Source of the DNA: a virus
Strand: one strand, 5' to 3'
Length of the DNA: 64,000 nt
Virus record (IMG/VR): IMGVR_UViG_3300042516_004943
Span: 9,822 to 73,821 of that record
Position numbers and translations under genes: made by a program
The notes under the pieces: model-generated
The model's input: only the letters and a program-made list of their open reading frames with translations
The model's database searches: none
What the model was told of the DNA's origin: nothing
Part shown: positions 48,101-57,713 of the stretch, piece by piece
Position numbering within the stretch: the first letter of the stretch is position 1
Layout: every line of letters starts with the position of its first letter

Positions 48101-49943
48101 CTTAGACATTTGCGAAATGCCTTTAACGCAAAAACTTGACGGAAAAACAAAAGATCAATTAATCAAGGAAGCGGAAGGCAGAATGCCAACAGGAAAAACT
48201 CTTGATGGCGTGTCATCTATTTTAGATCCAAATCAAATAAAAGCTGCTATAAGAATGTGGCAAGGACAAGGGGGTGCTGCCCCTGTTTCTACACAGCAGG
48301 GAATAGACCCTTCCAGCTTTCAAGATGTAAAATCTTATATCGACGCTTTAGCATCAAGATCTGGTCCTTATGGCTATATGTCCAGAGAAACTTCTCAAGG
48401 CGGAACAGACGTTGTCGATGCTGCAACAGGAACAAGAAGTTGGTGGGGGCCAGGCGCAAAACAGCCAGAAATGTTGCCAAACTTTTTCTCATCTACAAAA
48501 GACCAAAAAATAGAGGCAGATAGGGTAATAATAGACGCAAGTGGCGGATCTGTAGAGTGGAGTGGGGTATCTGCATCTTCTGGAATTATGCCTGCAGATT
48601 ATGGTGATAACGAAAAAAATCAACAGCTCCAAAATATGCGCGATGTTGTTTCAAAAGCTTTTCAAGATGCCGTGCTTGATCGTATGCAGGCTCAAAATGG
48701 AGGAGGTTTTAGACTCAATGCGCAAGACGCTTTTGGTGGCGCTTGGGCTGGACAGTTGCCAGAAGAAACTCGACAAAAGATAAATGAATGGCAAGGACCT
48801 GGTGAAGCTAAGACCGTAGAAGAGGCAGCCGCTCGCATAATGACTGAATTGTTGACTGGAAATATTCCAGAACAATTTTTTGAAGGTGGAGAAATGACAG
48901 AGGCAGCCGGTCAGTTTTTAAATGATTTTGCAAAGTATATGATACCTGTTAATCCTGCGGGAGAAACAGGAACACCTTTAGAAAGTCTTCCGCCAAATCC
49001 GGTTAGACTTCCTGGCGAACCAGGATATGAAGAATATATGCAGCAATATCAGCCAAAAGAACCAGCTGATCCTTTTGCTGGGTATGTTCCGCCAAATCAG
49101 CTACCAAATTTTGCTCCGGCCACAACGCCTACTCCAACACCTACCCCAACACCAGCGCCAGCAGCAACTCCTACGCCAACACCAACTCAAGAAACGGGCT
49201 GCCTTAATAATGAAAGCGTAAGAAAGCTCTGTTCTGGATCTGTAGATAGTGCAATTGGAAGCCCTGTCGGTGCTGCTTCTGGCGGATTAAATAGTCAGCA
49301 AGTGGGAACTGCTAATATCGAAGCTCAGCAAGCAAATGTCTCTGCAACTTCAACTACTGGCACTGACAGTGGGGGAACAAGCAGCGCAGGACTTTCACAA
49401 GCCGCTGATTCTTTAAAAACATCTTTTTCTACACTCTCTCAATCAGCTGCGTCTGCAGCTACAGCATTTAGCTCTTTAAATACGGCGGTTCCGGCAGCCG
49501 CACAAGCATTGGGTGGATTATCGGCAACGCTTCCATCAGTCACTCAAGGATTTGGACAGCTATCTTCTCAAGTTCCATCTGTAAATGCTGAATTTGGATC
49601 TTTGGAAGGGGCTCTTGGCGGATTTTCGTCACGAGTGAATGAAATTAATTTTGATGCATTTAATGAAGGAATAAGGTCAATTGGAGATTCGGCATCTTCT
49701 TTAAAACAAGTGTTAGGTACGCCAATAAGAGTTGATATTAGTGGAAAAATTGATGCGCCATCTATAACTACTACTGTTAATGTAGATTCATCATCAGTAA
49801 CAAATGCAGTACAATCTACGGCGGCTCAAATTTCGCAACAAATAACAGCTTGGACAAGAAGAATAGAATCTCAATTGCAAAGATTGGCAAGTCAGGTAGC
49901 CGCAGCTACTTCGACCGCTCAAGCTGCTAATAGAAGAGGTTAA
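42186..49943 (+). CDS. tail tape measure protein (TP901-like core) with internal PNF-flanked insert
   Basis: ELARQG..AL.LTRLSG..KLANVDAAFAVSSADLAEALSRVGS..RGGSVIGNSLKTIFTRL core; glycine-zipper TM segments; 2585 aa. Confidence 0.92.
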   Translation: MAIASLPLDVVGNTAQLRRQIEQIQKTPIILDVKANTRGAAPLGRISGEISEIDKSLAAANARVIAFGASVGAIYALERAVQGLFQSFVNTEKKLADINAVLNLDGGGIAAFGDRLFDVAANTAQSFDTVATAATELARQGLGVDETLRRTNDALILTRLSGLDAAASVEALTAAINSFSTQALNSGEIVNKLANVDAAFAVSSADLAEALSRVGSSASDAGVSFDELIALVTTAQQVTSRGGSVIGNSLKTIFTRLNRQDTLDLLGGLGIETTDAEGKLKNQVQLLRELAVVYDDLNQVQKGEVAEKVGGVFQINILRAALSDLGKEYSIYDRALQTSISSTDEAIQRNAQLNQTIAALGAQTLANVQKSASKIGEGLFGPAANNILNAVNYIAQAANQIDSDGIGAKVGKGIIDGIGKFLGGPGLAILGAVLTKLGLSFAKYLGEASKSILGTNQAAKNQAVIQQAVGSFLAKNSSLYQSILKGQTTATQAAQLFLKQIQAQTVELQRQVGVANAVAAAVAKAANASRTAAAATAAVPVRSGGGKVRAMGHVPNFSASAADAYLAKKKGGYEPGSPQQTKIGGQVINWNGAESLVQYPGAKTPAIVPPENSRAGKSYRKDFIKASGGMDPYDSAKAMGFVPNFAFTIGGKQYRTNAAVAQNIRSGNITESQAAAAGYKPSRNSPAGRAAANKQSQKKPDITVGGPRYAYLYASGGDKGLVASTAYLPDNRKVNFSFSKAGIKKPFNFKDEVNQHITPGFNQIAKKIYPSALGGPGYMMQYFDKSGTNQTLGRLFEAAVLRAVRPKADVSGASGGSNFDIPSLAASDRRAFAEIFSGAPTYRNADFKYSAPGGTAADGNVKSFVAKLLTAKGVSATKKDIFTTPRSTQSSGKKAALGFIPNFAAVSEAVNREIQAGAKPNQIGIDTNNKLKSSSNKMGVGVWSTAFESSLAEGISMAKKSGINPKTKGQPAASGYIPNFAEGDSGDIGAGLTATAINAAILSSLFIGQRGEQSELKRAINEEVQARRDAIKQQRLAEAEKELLDKQEQQRKYKAIQNEKTGATEYVSKKTGRYVDPSLGRKELERIDKNLQSERRDIGKAIDQQTKNLKPNAIDRIKGGVRTPGIGLGAAIAAPILTSMIEDMIPQDTQAGRTAASAVSGIGDVISMAGTGATIGMAGGPKGAAIGAIIGAGVGLWQAFSGTVKEASTDMPELAAAAEAATTDFQTFQDATTTASTALQKYQDIVDSGGSEIEKQKALGEYEQALLNIDPKDMAELDRLMSMGDNFNEAAEKIARLKIPDVARQQATSDIAELIPKIKDLIGKQQVPTKDIEKALADQISKGIFAGLNPKEILDKAGFALDPDLLNKAFDPRAIAQTLEKLLPGTDESSKDLRDRIQQALKDENIAGYIQSVLKEAVQDKAKQAQIVANTQKTADAVIDLNKSMYGGAAGLVANQPKLEPSADQQTVQSLLDWVPTMTGYDPRQGGTGGYKPYDLAYFNDNKDVQEAQQAIKDAAARMAYGLEPTAQQISDVFEGVLLKQTAALQMIGGDVDQAAVIAAGRVREMFDLDNQAVGNMPAIGDLLHEWLAKALDRLKADPQNPQLQKNAKDAQEAYDNFARSTMPKPQSTQTEQMLAKMREDAVKLAAEETKMRREILENTIKSLGKAPEKYEYISETAEEINKKLKEAREAFERDSYWLQGPNREKRQNEISDLESQLAAEIDAAIQLSETSKQAADSIQQMSDCAVAACDSAITRPLKENAAANGTPSIIAEPAAAEVPVVVPVAKPTVSETERNPFAGSGVQSVTDKITSVDQKVAYLQNSLDGILQANQGSQSHLEELITPVSSILDNTSALSSKMDFTLKPEQINQMFKTSSALAQRSIIDLGNSITNDVIKVDSNLESALKLLQSLEDVNDLLTESKSIDKHSENLDKSVAAGNETREDVLAKVKELTGILPIIKQISNAKILKGGCLDICEMPLTQKLDGKTKDQLIKEAEGRMPTGKTLDGVSSILDPNQIKAAIRMWQGQGGAAPVSTQQGIDPSSFQDVKSYIDALASRSGPYGYMSRETSQGGTDVVDAATGTRSWWGPGAKQPEMLPNFFSSTKDQKIEADRVIIDASGGSVEWSGVSASSGIMPADYGDNEKNQQLQNMRDVVSKAFQDAVLDRMQAQNGGGFRLNAQDAFGGAWAGQLPEETRQKINEWQGPGEAKTVEEAAARIMTELLTGNIPEQFFEGGEMTEAAGQFLNDFAKYMIPVNPAGETGTPLESLPPNPVRLPGEPGYEEYMQQYQPKEPADPFAGYVPPNQLPNFAPATTPTPTPTPTPAPAATPTPTPTQETGCLNNESVRKLCSGSVDSAIGSPVGAASGGLNSQQVGTANIEAQQANVSATSTTGTDSGGTSSAGLSQAADSLKTSFSTLSQSAASAATAFSSLNTAVPAAAQALGGLSATLPSVTQGFGQLSSQVPSVNAEFGSLEGALGGFSSRVNEINFDAFNEGIRSIGDSASSLKQVLGTPIRVDISGKIDAPSITTTVNVDSSSVTNAVQSTAAQISQQITAWTRRIESQLQRLASQVAAATSTAQAANRRG

Positions 49944-49948
49944 TTAAA

Positions 49949-51505
49949 ATGATTTTTGATAATGTTTCTTTACTAAATTACTCATACAACAACCTATCTT
50001 TAGATGATAGTTTTACTTACGGTGTAGAAAAAAATATTTCTATTAATGGGCATTTGCTTGATTTGGAAAACAGCAATGGGGTTAGTGGAGTTTTCAGCGG
50101 AATATATGATTTGCAGAAAAAAACCAAAACTCCAGAAAGTATATTTATTAACGGAGTAAATTTTGGTAGCGGATATATTACTAAAATTAATATTGATGGT
50201 GATAAGTGGGTTAGAACAGCAAAATACACTGCTGATATAACAGTTATATCAAGCGGCAATTTATATAACATGACCGGATCCTTCTTTACTGGAGATATGT
50301 CATACATCAAAAATAATTTATATAAAATTGGACAGTCATTTTCTGAAGAGTTTGACTTTTCTGCGTCAGAAAATGTTTCCAATTACAGTCATGATGTTAG
50401 TTTTAAATTTGATTCGCCAATAGATTATAATTCAGCTGTAGCTTTAAGTAAACAATTTGCAAATCAAATACTGGGGAAAGAAGTATTATTTGCATTAACT
50501 TCTGGCAAAAGCAACTATCTTAATGGTAAAAAAATATACGAAGAAAAATATGATATAATAAATAAATCTTTTTCTTTTTCAGAAAATTTTACAAAAAGTT
50601 TTTCTGGTACTAATGCCGATATTGCTTATGTATATAATATCAATATTAATACTGATGGCATTACTCAAGTTTCAGAAAAAGCCGATATTGTTGGGTTAGT
50701 TGATAATAGGCTGGACAGTGCTATTGCATCATTTAACTCAAATGCTATTCAATCATATAGTCGGTGCCAAAATATATATTCAAAATATTGCACTGGATTT
50801 TTAGTAACAAAGCCATTTAGTTCTGGTATAGTTTATAATAGATTCCGGCCCAGTTTTGGTTTTGAAATAGTATTTACCAATGATCCTAATGAATTAGATG
50901 GGTATTCTTGGCAAGTTATAGTAGAGCCAACATATTCCTCTGTTGAGGAAATAGTGTTGAATGCGTCTATCAATATCGAAGGCGACGGAAAAGTCGGTAC
51001 CAGTGAAAAATATCAAAATGCAGTTTTAGGTTTCAATGAAAAAAATCAAATTATCGGCTCAAAAATTACTGGAGCTTATACTGATTTTTATCAAAATAGA
51101 GTGAATTCAATAAATAATTTATTTGATAATAAAACATTAAAATTAAAAAATAGACAAATTAGCTCATCCAAATTTCAGGGAACTATAAACTATGATTTAG
51201 TTTATACTACAAAAAATATTACAGGGTTTGTATCTGAAACAACCATGAGAGATGTTCCGAAATATTCAGATTATTTTATAAATAATTCTGTAGTTAGGCA
51301 GAAACATGAGCAAAATGAAATAAAAACTAAAACAATATCTGTTACTAAAAAATTTGATAGAAATTATGGAATTTATGATTGGAGCGATGTTAAAACATCG
51401 CAATGCGATACATGTACTGTAAACAGAATTCAAATAGATACTTCTAATAATACTGTCACGGAATCTAAAACGATTTATGATGAAATTTTCCAAACCTTAA
51501 CATGA
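49949..51505 (+). CDS. tail-tip/distal tail protein
   Basis: Directly after TMP; beta-rich; similar repeat architecture to the next gene. Confidence 0.55.
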   Translation: MIFDNVSLLNYSYNNLSLDDSFTYGVEKNISINGHLLDLENSNGVSGVFSGIYDLQKKTKTPESIFINGVNFGSGYITKINIDGDKWVRTAKYTADITVISSGNLYNMTGSFFTGDMSYIKNNLYKIGQSFSEEFDFSASENVSNYSHDVSFKFDSPIDYNSAVALSKQFANQILGKEVLFALTSGKSNYLNGKKIYEEKYDIINKSFSFSENFTKSFSGTNADIAYVYNININTDGITQVSEKADIVGLVDNRLDSAIASFNSNAIQSYSRCQNIYSKYCTGFLVTKPFSSGIVYNRFRPSFGFEIVFTNDPNELDGYSWQVIVEPTYSSVEEIVLNASINIEGDGKVGTSEKYQNAVLGFNEKNQIIGSKITGAYTDFYQNRVNSINNLFDNKTLKLKNRQISSSKFQGTINYDLVYTTKNITGFVSETTMRDVPKYSDYFINNSVVRQKHEQNEIKTKTISVTKKFDRNYGIYDWSDVKTSQCDTCTVNRIQIDTSNNTVTESKTIYDEIFQTLT

Positions 51506-53049
51506 ACACTATTCATTATAATAATAAAGATTTATTTAGTGGTATTTGTTTAACGCCCTATGTTGCGTATAGGTACGAAACAGATGGGGTAATATACGGG
51601 AATACGTCATTAACTTTAGAAGGTTTAATAGTTTCAGATAATTCTTGTAATGATCCTTTTCTTTCTATAAATACAAAGCAAGATTTGTTAATTAGCAGGC
51701 TTTCTGAAAATTATAAAAAACTACAAATAAAAGAAAATAATAGTATTGTTTTTTCTTCTGATTATGCAAATATTCAAGAGATTAATTTTGAAAGATCTCA
51801 ATATGTTTATGGAGTTCCGTTTTCTATAAATATAGATTGTTACGATTATAATAATTTTAGTGGTGCATTTTTTATTAAAGATCCGAGGGATGTTTTTACT
51901 ATTAGAGAATCAGATAATAATAACACTGTTTCTGTTGTTCACTCCATAGAAGCTAAAGCTGTAAATAGTGATAATTTGGCAATTCAAAATGCAAAAAATT
52001 GGGTTTATGGACAAAGTGGATTAAAAAACTTCGTTACGCCGACAAAATTTCAAACAGTAAAGAATAATTTAATTTTAACATCAGTCAAAGAAAATATCAA
52101 TAGATTTGATGGAAGTTATAAGCTTGATGAAACATATATTTATGATAAAAATTTTAACGAAAATATGTTTGTTTTGAGATATAATACAGACACAAATATT
52201 TCTAAAAATAATTTTAATACTGTTACGTTACGTGGTGAATTATTTGGAGGCTTGGCTTCTGATATTAATTTATTAAGAAATAGGTTTAAACAGTTAAATT
52301 TTTATGATATTGCTGCTGATGGCTATTTTTTATCAACGAATTTAAGAGATCTTAGCAGATTTTATTTATCTTCTGGGGTCAATGAAAATAGCAATGAAAA
52401 GAAAATAGATTTTAATATACAATTTGATAATAATAATACAAATCTTGTAAATGTAGATTCTACGGCCGCTATATCTGAAGGTTTTTCATATGACTCTCAG
52501 CAAGCATCCGCAACTTTACGCAGTATTATCTCTTGTAGGTTTGGAAATTTAGATGAAAGACTATCGCAAGTTTATAATTACTATAAAAACGTTTTTAACA
52601 GAGATGGAGAATTTTTAAATAATATTGCATCAATGTTTGACTACAATTTTTCTTGGTTTAGATTGGGAAGCGAAAACGTATCCATAGATGAGAGAAAGGG
52701 AACTATTACATACAATTGCTCTTGGAATATACATAAAAATTATAATATACTAAATAATAGAATTAAAAATACAAATCTTAGAATTTCTGAAGAAGGCAAA
52801 AAGCAAGTTTATAGCTTTAGGCAGCCACTTTGTTCGGATTGGTTTGCGCAAAAATCATATATAACAAAAAAATTATGCTCTATCGAAGGCACAATAGAAA
52901 TGTATGATACAGCCACAAGTGTACCAGCATTCTACAAAGATATTATAAATAGCAGAATACCAAATAGAATTATTAGACAGGATACTGTTGAATTAAAGGA
53001 TAGGGAAAAAAATGTGTATAACGTTGTATATCAAATAGAAGAATTATAA
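51502..53049 (+). CDS. tail-tip protein
   Basis: Position; beta-rich. Confidence 0.55.
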   Translation: MNTIHYNNKDLFSGICLTPYVAYRYETDGVIYGNTSLTLEGLIVSDNSCNDPFLSINTKQDLLISRLSENYKKLQIKENNSIVFSSDYANIQEINFERSQYVYGVPFSINIDCYDYNNFSGAFFIKDPRDVFTIRESDNNNTVSVVHSIEAKAVNSDNLAIQNAKNWVYGQSGLKNFVTPTKFQTVKNNLILTSVKENINRFDGSYKLDETYIYDKNFNENMFVLRYNTDTNISKNNFNTVTLRGELFGGLASDINLLRNRFKQLNFYDIAADGYFLSTNLRDLSRFYLSSGVNENSNEKKIDFNIQFDNNNTNLVNVDSTAAISEGFSYDSQQASATLRSIISCRFGNLDERLSQVYNYYKNVFNRDGEFLNNIASMFDYNFSWFRLGSENVSIDERKGTITYNCSWNIHKNYNILNNRIKNTNLRISEEGKKQVYSFRQPLCSDWFAQKSYITKKLCSIEGTIEMYDTATSVPAFYKDIINSRIPNRIIRQDTVELKDREKNVYNVVYQIEEL

Positions 53050-53052
53050 ATT

Positions 53053-54900
53053 ATGTCAGCCAATTCAATAGAATATTTTCATAAATTGTACGGTGTAAAC
53101 CCAAATTCAGTTTTTGGATATTTTGATTTTGCATATTCAGGTTACAGTGGAAAAAATCAACTGACCGGTTTGCAAAGTGGGAACAGTAGCAAGCTTATAA
53201 TTACAGATCCAAATAGTTCTATTTGGAAAAACTCTGGATCTTTATCGCTGGATGCCAGCTCTTATTTAAAATATGAAGGACTATTAGTTAATCCTTATGC
53301 TGCCGCTATATCTTTTTCGAGAGATGCAGAGAAAGAATACCTATTATTTTCATCTATGGGGCAAACTAATGGCGTGTATTCTGGGTTTAATGTTGGAATA
53401 AGCGCTTATGGCTATCCATATGTTGAATATATAGATAACATATATGGTCGGGTTACATTGCTTAATACAAGCAATAGATATCCAAAAACAGGAATTTTAT
53501 TTATTGAAGTAGATAATAATTCATGCTCTTTGGGCACTTTTACAGACCCAGATAATTTCAATATTGAAAAATGTAAATTTTTCCAAAATGGATATGCGCA
53601 ATCTAATAGTATATATATTGGTGGAAATCCTAATTTAAATAATAATAATTTTTCTGGTAAAATTTTTGAATTTATTTTGCAATCAAAAGATTTTTTATCA
53701 TACGATCCAAATTTAATTTTGAGTGGATTTCTTTACGATGTACAGTCAATAAAAACTACAGGCTATATAAGTGGGCAAACTGGTGTTTTGTATGGCGATA
53801 TAATATCTGTAAGTGGATGTCAATTTTTTGTTTCAGACACTAGAACAGAATCTGTTGTAGTAAATGTTTATACAGGAATTACTGAATATTTTTCCAATGA
53901 ACAAGAATTTAGAGATTTTAATAACGATATATACTATTCTTTTACAACGTCTTTTTTGACTGGAGTTGTTAATGCTGGACTATTAGAATCTGCACCAGAA
54001 AGATCTTTTTCTTGTTTTAGCAATACAGACTATTCAAGTTTATTTCAGTACAGTTCTGGATATGTAATAAATTATAGTATTACTAATTATTACTCTATTC
54101 CAAAATTTGAAGAATTCTTTTTAAGATATTCAAGTGGAATTTCGTATAACTTTACAAATACCGGAGATAGTATATTTAATATATATATATTTAATGATAA
54201 AAGTAAAAATAACTTATTGAACTTTAATCAAGCCAGTAATAACTTTATTACCATAGATTCGCCTACAAATATTTATGGCTATCAGAATATTGATTTAAAT
54301 ACTGGAAATTTTGATTTGTTCAATAACGGTCAATTGCAAAGAGTTTCTACGGGTTATAATCAAGCTTTAATATCTGGTAAGATAAACTATTTGCCAGAAT
54401 ATGATTTTTTAAAAAGCGGACTTAACTTATTTAATAATAATATATATGATATTAATTTGAATAATTTTATCGGCTCCGAAGGATTTGCCTCTCAATTTTA
54501 TACATTAACGCAAAGTTATAGCTCAGGAGGACCAATAGGGTCTATAAGTCTTGCAAATAGTTTAATATTTTTTAATGGGCAACTTTTAACAAGCGGAATT
54601 GATTATATTAATAATAATATATTGTTTAATATTGATAATCAAAACAATGTTTTGGCAAAGATTCCTCTTAGTAATGTGAGTTATAAAAATATTGTATTTA
54701 CTGGAAATGCTAATATCGGCTATGCATATGAGGGCGCTTTAAATATAAAAACAGATTCTTACTTAAAAGATTCTAGTATGGTATGGCTCAATGGTATAAG
54801 AATGAAATTAAATAATGATTATATAGAATTAGATGATAGTATTTTTTCAAATCAATTTGTTGAAACTAGGGGCTATTTAATATATAATAATACAGTGTAA
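53053..54900 (+). CDS. tail protein with N-terminal LamG-like domain and (F/W)xNGQ/I repeats
   Basis: IYIGG..FSGKIFEF LamG ending; LFNNGQ, IFFNGQ, VWLNGIR repeats. Confidence 0.55.
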   Translation: MSANSIEYFHKLYGVNPNSVFGYFDFAYSGYSGKNQLTGLQSGNSSKLIITDPNSSIWKNSGSLSLDASSYLKYEGLLVNPYAAAISFSRDAEKEYLLFSSMGQTNGVYSGFNVGISAYGYPYVEYIDNIYGRVTLLNTSNRYPKTGILFIEVDNNSCSLGTFTDPDNFNIEKCKFFQNGYAQSNSIYIGGNPNLNNNNFSGKIFEFILQSKDFLSYDPNLILSGFLYDVQSIKTTGYISGQTGVLYGDIISVSGCQFFVSDTRTESVVVNVYTGITEYFSNEQEFRDFNNDIYYSFTTSFLTGVVNAGLLESAPERSFSCFSNTDYSSLFQYSSGYVINYSITNYYSIPKFEEFFLRYSSGISYNFTNTGDSIFNIYIFNDKSKNNLLNFNQASNNFITIDSPTNIYGYQNIDLNTGNFDLFNNGQLQRVSTGYNQALISGKINYLPEYDFLKSGLNLFNNNIYDINLNNFIGSEGFASQFYTLTQSYSSGGPIGSISLANSLIFFNGQLLTSGIDYINNNILFNIDNQNNVLAKIPLSNVSYKNIVFTGNANIGYAYEGALNIKTDSYLKDSSMVWLNGIRMKLNNDYIELDDSIFSNQFVETRGYLIYNNTV

Positions 54901-54911
54901 CTAATTAAATT

Positions 54912-57713
54912 ATGGCTATCAAATTAAAAGCTCAATCTGATTTAGGTAATATATTATCCATATCATTATCTGCATCAACAACTGATGCTCCGGCTCAATT
55001 AACTGTAAAATATTTGACTAACGGAGATAGCCTACCAGCATTAGGAACAAACGTTAGCTCTTTTGTTTTTGGATCTCTTACATTTAATGGCGTATTAGTT
55101 TCGCAAGCATCGCATAGAGAACAGGGGTCTAATTATTTAATTAGAGAATGGATGGATAATTCTGTTGAGCTTGATCAAAATTGCATTGTGTTATATAGGG
55201 CCGGATTAAGTACACCATCTAGCAATATTTCAACTCGAACGTTCAGTATTCCAACAATTAATATTACAAGAAACAGTGATGGAAATTATAATTATGGATT
55301 TACTAATACGTCTTGGACATCTTCTACATCTAGATTATCTTCAGCTGGTGGTAGTATTTTAGGACAAGAATCATACAGTGCTAGCTCATGTACAAGAAGC
55401 GAGGTAACATATGAGCCAAATGCTGCATTAAATTTAATTGGCGCCCCGCAAGTGAGTCAAGGAACTTTTAGAGTATCTTATGAGGGAACTTACAGGTCTG
55501 TTTTATCCAGTATTTATGGTGATTATGGATGTACTTATTGGTGGAATTGGACAAACGATACTATTCAAAAAATAGATATTTCATCTGGTCCTGTTGGCAG
55601 CATAACAGATTGGGGGTTTAGCAATACAAGTGCTCTTGATAATAATTGTAAAATATTTTCATATGAAATTGGAGCGACTAGAATTGGAGTAACAACTAGA
55701 TCTAACTGGCATGTTTATAGAAATACTTGGGATTACCCAGAAGAAGATAATAGATCTAGCTCTAATGCAAATTTTAGACAATTTGTTAATAGTTATAATA
55801 CTGGTAGAACCACTACTACCACTAGCAGTAGTAGCAGCAATAGCCAAGCAGAAGATACAGTAACTTATACATTGCCACCATATACTTTTGTAGAATCTAC
55901 CAGTACAATAAAAGCTTATAGTAGTTTTACAGTTTCGCCAATTAGAGGGGCTGGTTGGCCATCTCAGATGACAAGTGCGTATAGTCACATTGAGGGTCTT
56001 AGATTATATGATGCTTTAAAAACTGGAACATTATCTATTGCTGGATATGGTGTGATTGGTGGATATCAGTTGCCGCCATCAACAGTATTCGACAATCCGA
56101 GGGTTGCTCTTTGGCTTATTGAGCAAGGCTTTGATAGGGGATTGCCATTCTTGCCACAAATTTATTCATATCTAGGAATAGATAGTTCTTATACAATTCT
56201 TTTAGCATTTGAGCTTGATGGAGCAGCTAACGGTACTGGTCAGTATGAATTGCATTATCCGTATACGCAAGTAAGTTATAGTACAGGCACAAGTGATAAA
56301 TGGTTTTTTAGATCAAAAACAGTTACATATACGCCTTCGGCTACTGCAAGAGGTTTTGATCCTTGTGAAGCTGGATATTCTGGAACTGGTGGGCAATTTG
56401 GTTTATGGAGAAATCCTTCGGATTATGTAATTGGAGATACTACAAGTTCATATTTTGGTGACGCAACTTCCGGATGTTTAATACAAATCCAACAAGTGGA
56501 TATGCTTGTTGACTTATGGAGGTTAGGTATAGAGTTTGGAGGTGCTACGTTTAGTCCTGGCGGCGCTAATTCATCAAATCGTTCTGGTGGTGGAGTTGCG
56601 TCAACTACAGGTGGAGTTACTAGTTTTTATAGAAATTTACAAATATCAAACCCAGAGGCTTTAGCTTATTGGCTAGAAAATGGGTTGGTTATTATTGCAG
56701 TTAAAAATGTTAACTATACAATCAACTCAAATATCAGCACAGCTATAAATTGTGGTGATTTATCTGACCTCGCTGGATATGTTAATCCAAACCAAAGAGC
56801 TGTAGAAACTCCAAACAATGTTCCTGCCGTAGTTGAATTTACACCAAATACTGGCACATTTACAGTTCCTGCTTCTTGGGCTGGCGGGTCAACTCAACAA
56901 GACGCTTTTAATCCAAGCTATGGCGCCCCAAACAGTTACAATAATAACTCTACGCCTATTGGTTCTGGCTCAACAAATACAGATCCATGCGATGATAACA
57001 GTGATGGCGGTACTGGCAATGAAGATCCTGAAACACCAAGTGCGCCGCCACCATCAAATACAGATCCAGCAATTGTTCCTGAACAAGAAACTTTCAATAT
57101 AACAATTTCACAAAATACAACCGATGGAACACCAGTTGAGCCTGGTTTAATGAGTGCTTCTGGAACTTCATTGACATTTGGGCCAGTAACAATCGTATTG
57201 CCATCTTTGGCTTCTTATAGGATATCTGTAGAAACAGATATTGAAGAAATTTCGCGTGAAGAAACTGGCACCCAGTATGAATTTGAGTATGAAGAACCTG
57301 AAGAAGTTCCCGAAACAAATATTCCAAATATCAATACTCCATCTAATACCTCGGTCCAGAACAACACATATAATAGAGCAACAGAATCAAACACTTGGTC
57401 TCAAGCGGGTGGATTATCAAATAATGCTGGGCTTCAGCACGCAGTTGTTATAACAGATGTTACAGATTTTAGCCTTAATGCTGGAACACCATCAGCGTTA
57501 ACATCTCCATCTAGCTGGTTGCAAACCGCGTCTGCAGAAACAGATGGATTTTATTTTCCTGTAAGCGCTGGGCTTTCGAGCCTATCTGCTCAATTTTCTT
57601 CAGATGGAGCATTAAACGTACAGTATTCTTATAAGCAATTAGCGCAGAGAACTGTTCTTGAGAGGCCTGCAAATTTAATGACATCATCAAGTCTTACAAA
57701 CATATATTCATGA
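54912..57713 (+). CDS. putative baseplate hub/tail-tip protein
   Basis: SYEGTYRSVLSSIYGDYGCTYWWNW resembles a hub-type motif; Ser/Thr-rich; upstream TGTAAC. Confidence 0.5.
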   Translation: MAIKLKAQSDLGNILSISLSASTTDAPAQLTVKYLTNGDSLPALGTNVSSFVFGSLTFNGVLVSQASHREQGSNYLIREWMDNSVELDQNCIVLYRAGLSTPSSNISTRTFSIPTINITRNSDGNYNYGFTNTSWTSSTSRLSSAGGSILGQESYSASSCTRSEVTYEPNAALNLIGAPQVSQGTFRVSYEGTYRSVLSSIYGDYGCTYWWNWTNDTIQKIDISSGPVGSITDWGFSNTSALDNNCKIFSYEIGATRIGVTTRSNWHVYRNTWDYPEEDNRSSSNANFRQFVNSYNTGRTTTTTSSSSSNSQAEDTVTYTLPPYTFVESTSTIKAYSSFTVSPIRGAGWPSQMTSAYSHIEGLRLYDALKTGTLSIAGYGVIGGYQLPPSTVFDNPRVALWLIEQGFDRGLPFLPQIYSYLGIDSSYTILLAFELDGAANGTGQYELHYPYTQVSYSTGTSDKWFFRSKTVTYTPSATARGFDPCEAGYSGTGGQFGLWRNPSDYVIGDTTSSYFGDATSGCLIQIQQVDMLVDLWRLGIEFGGATFSPGGANSSNRSGGGVASTTGGVTSFYRNLQISNPEALAYWLENGLVIIAVKNVNYTINSNISTAINCGDLSDLAGYVNPNQRAVETPNNVPAVVEFTPNTGTFTVPASWAGGSTQQDAFNPSYGAPNSYNNNSTPIGSGSTNTDPCDDNSDGGTGNEDPETPSAPPPSNTDPAIVPEQETFNITISQNTTDGTPVEPGLMSASGTSLTFGPVTIVLPSLASYRISVETDIEEISREETGTQYEFEYEEPEEVPETNIPNINTPSNTSVQNNTYNRATESNTWSQAGGLSNNAGLQHAVVITDVTDFSLNAGTPSALTSPSSWLQTASAETDGFYFPVSAGLSSLSAQFSSDGALNVQYSYKQLAQRTVLERPANLMTSSSLTNIYS

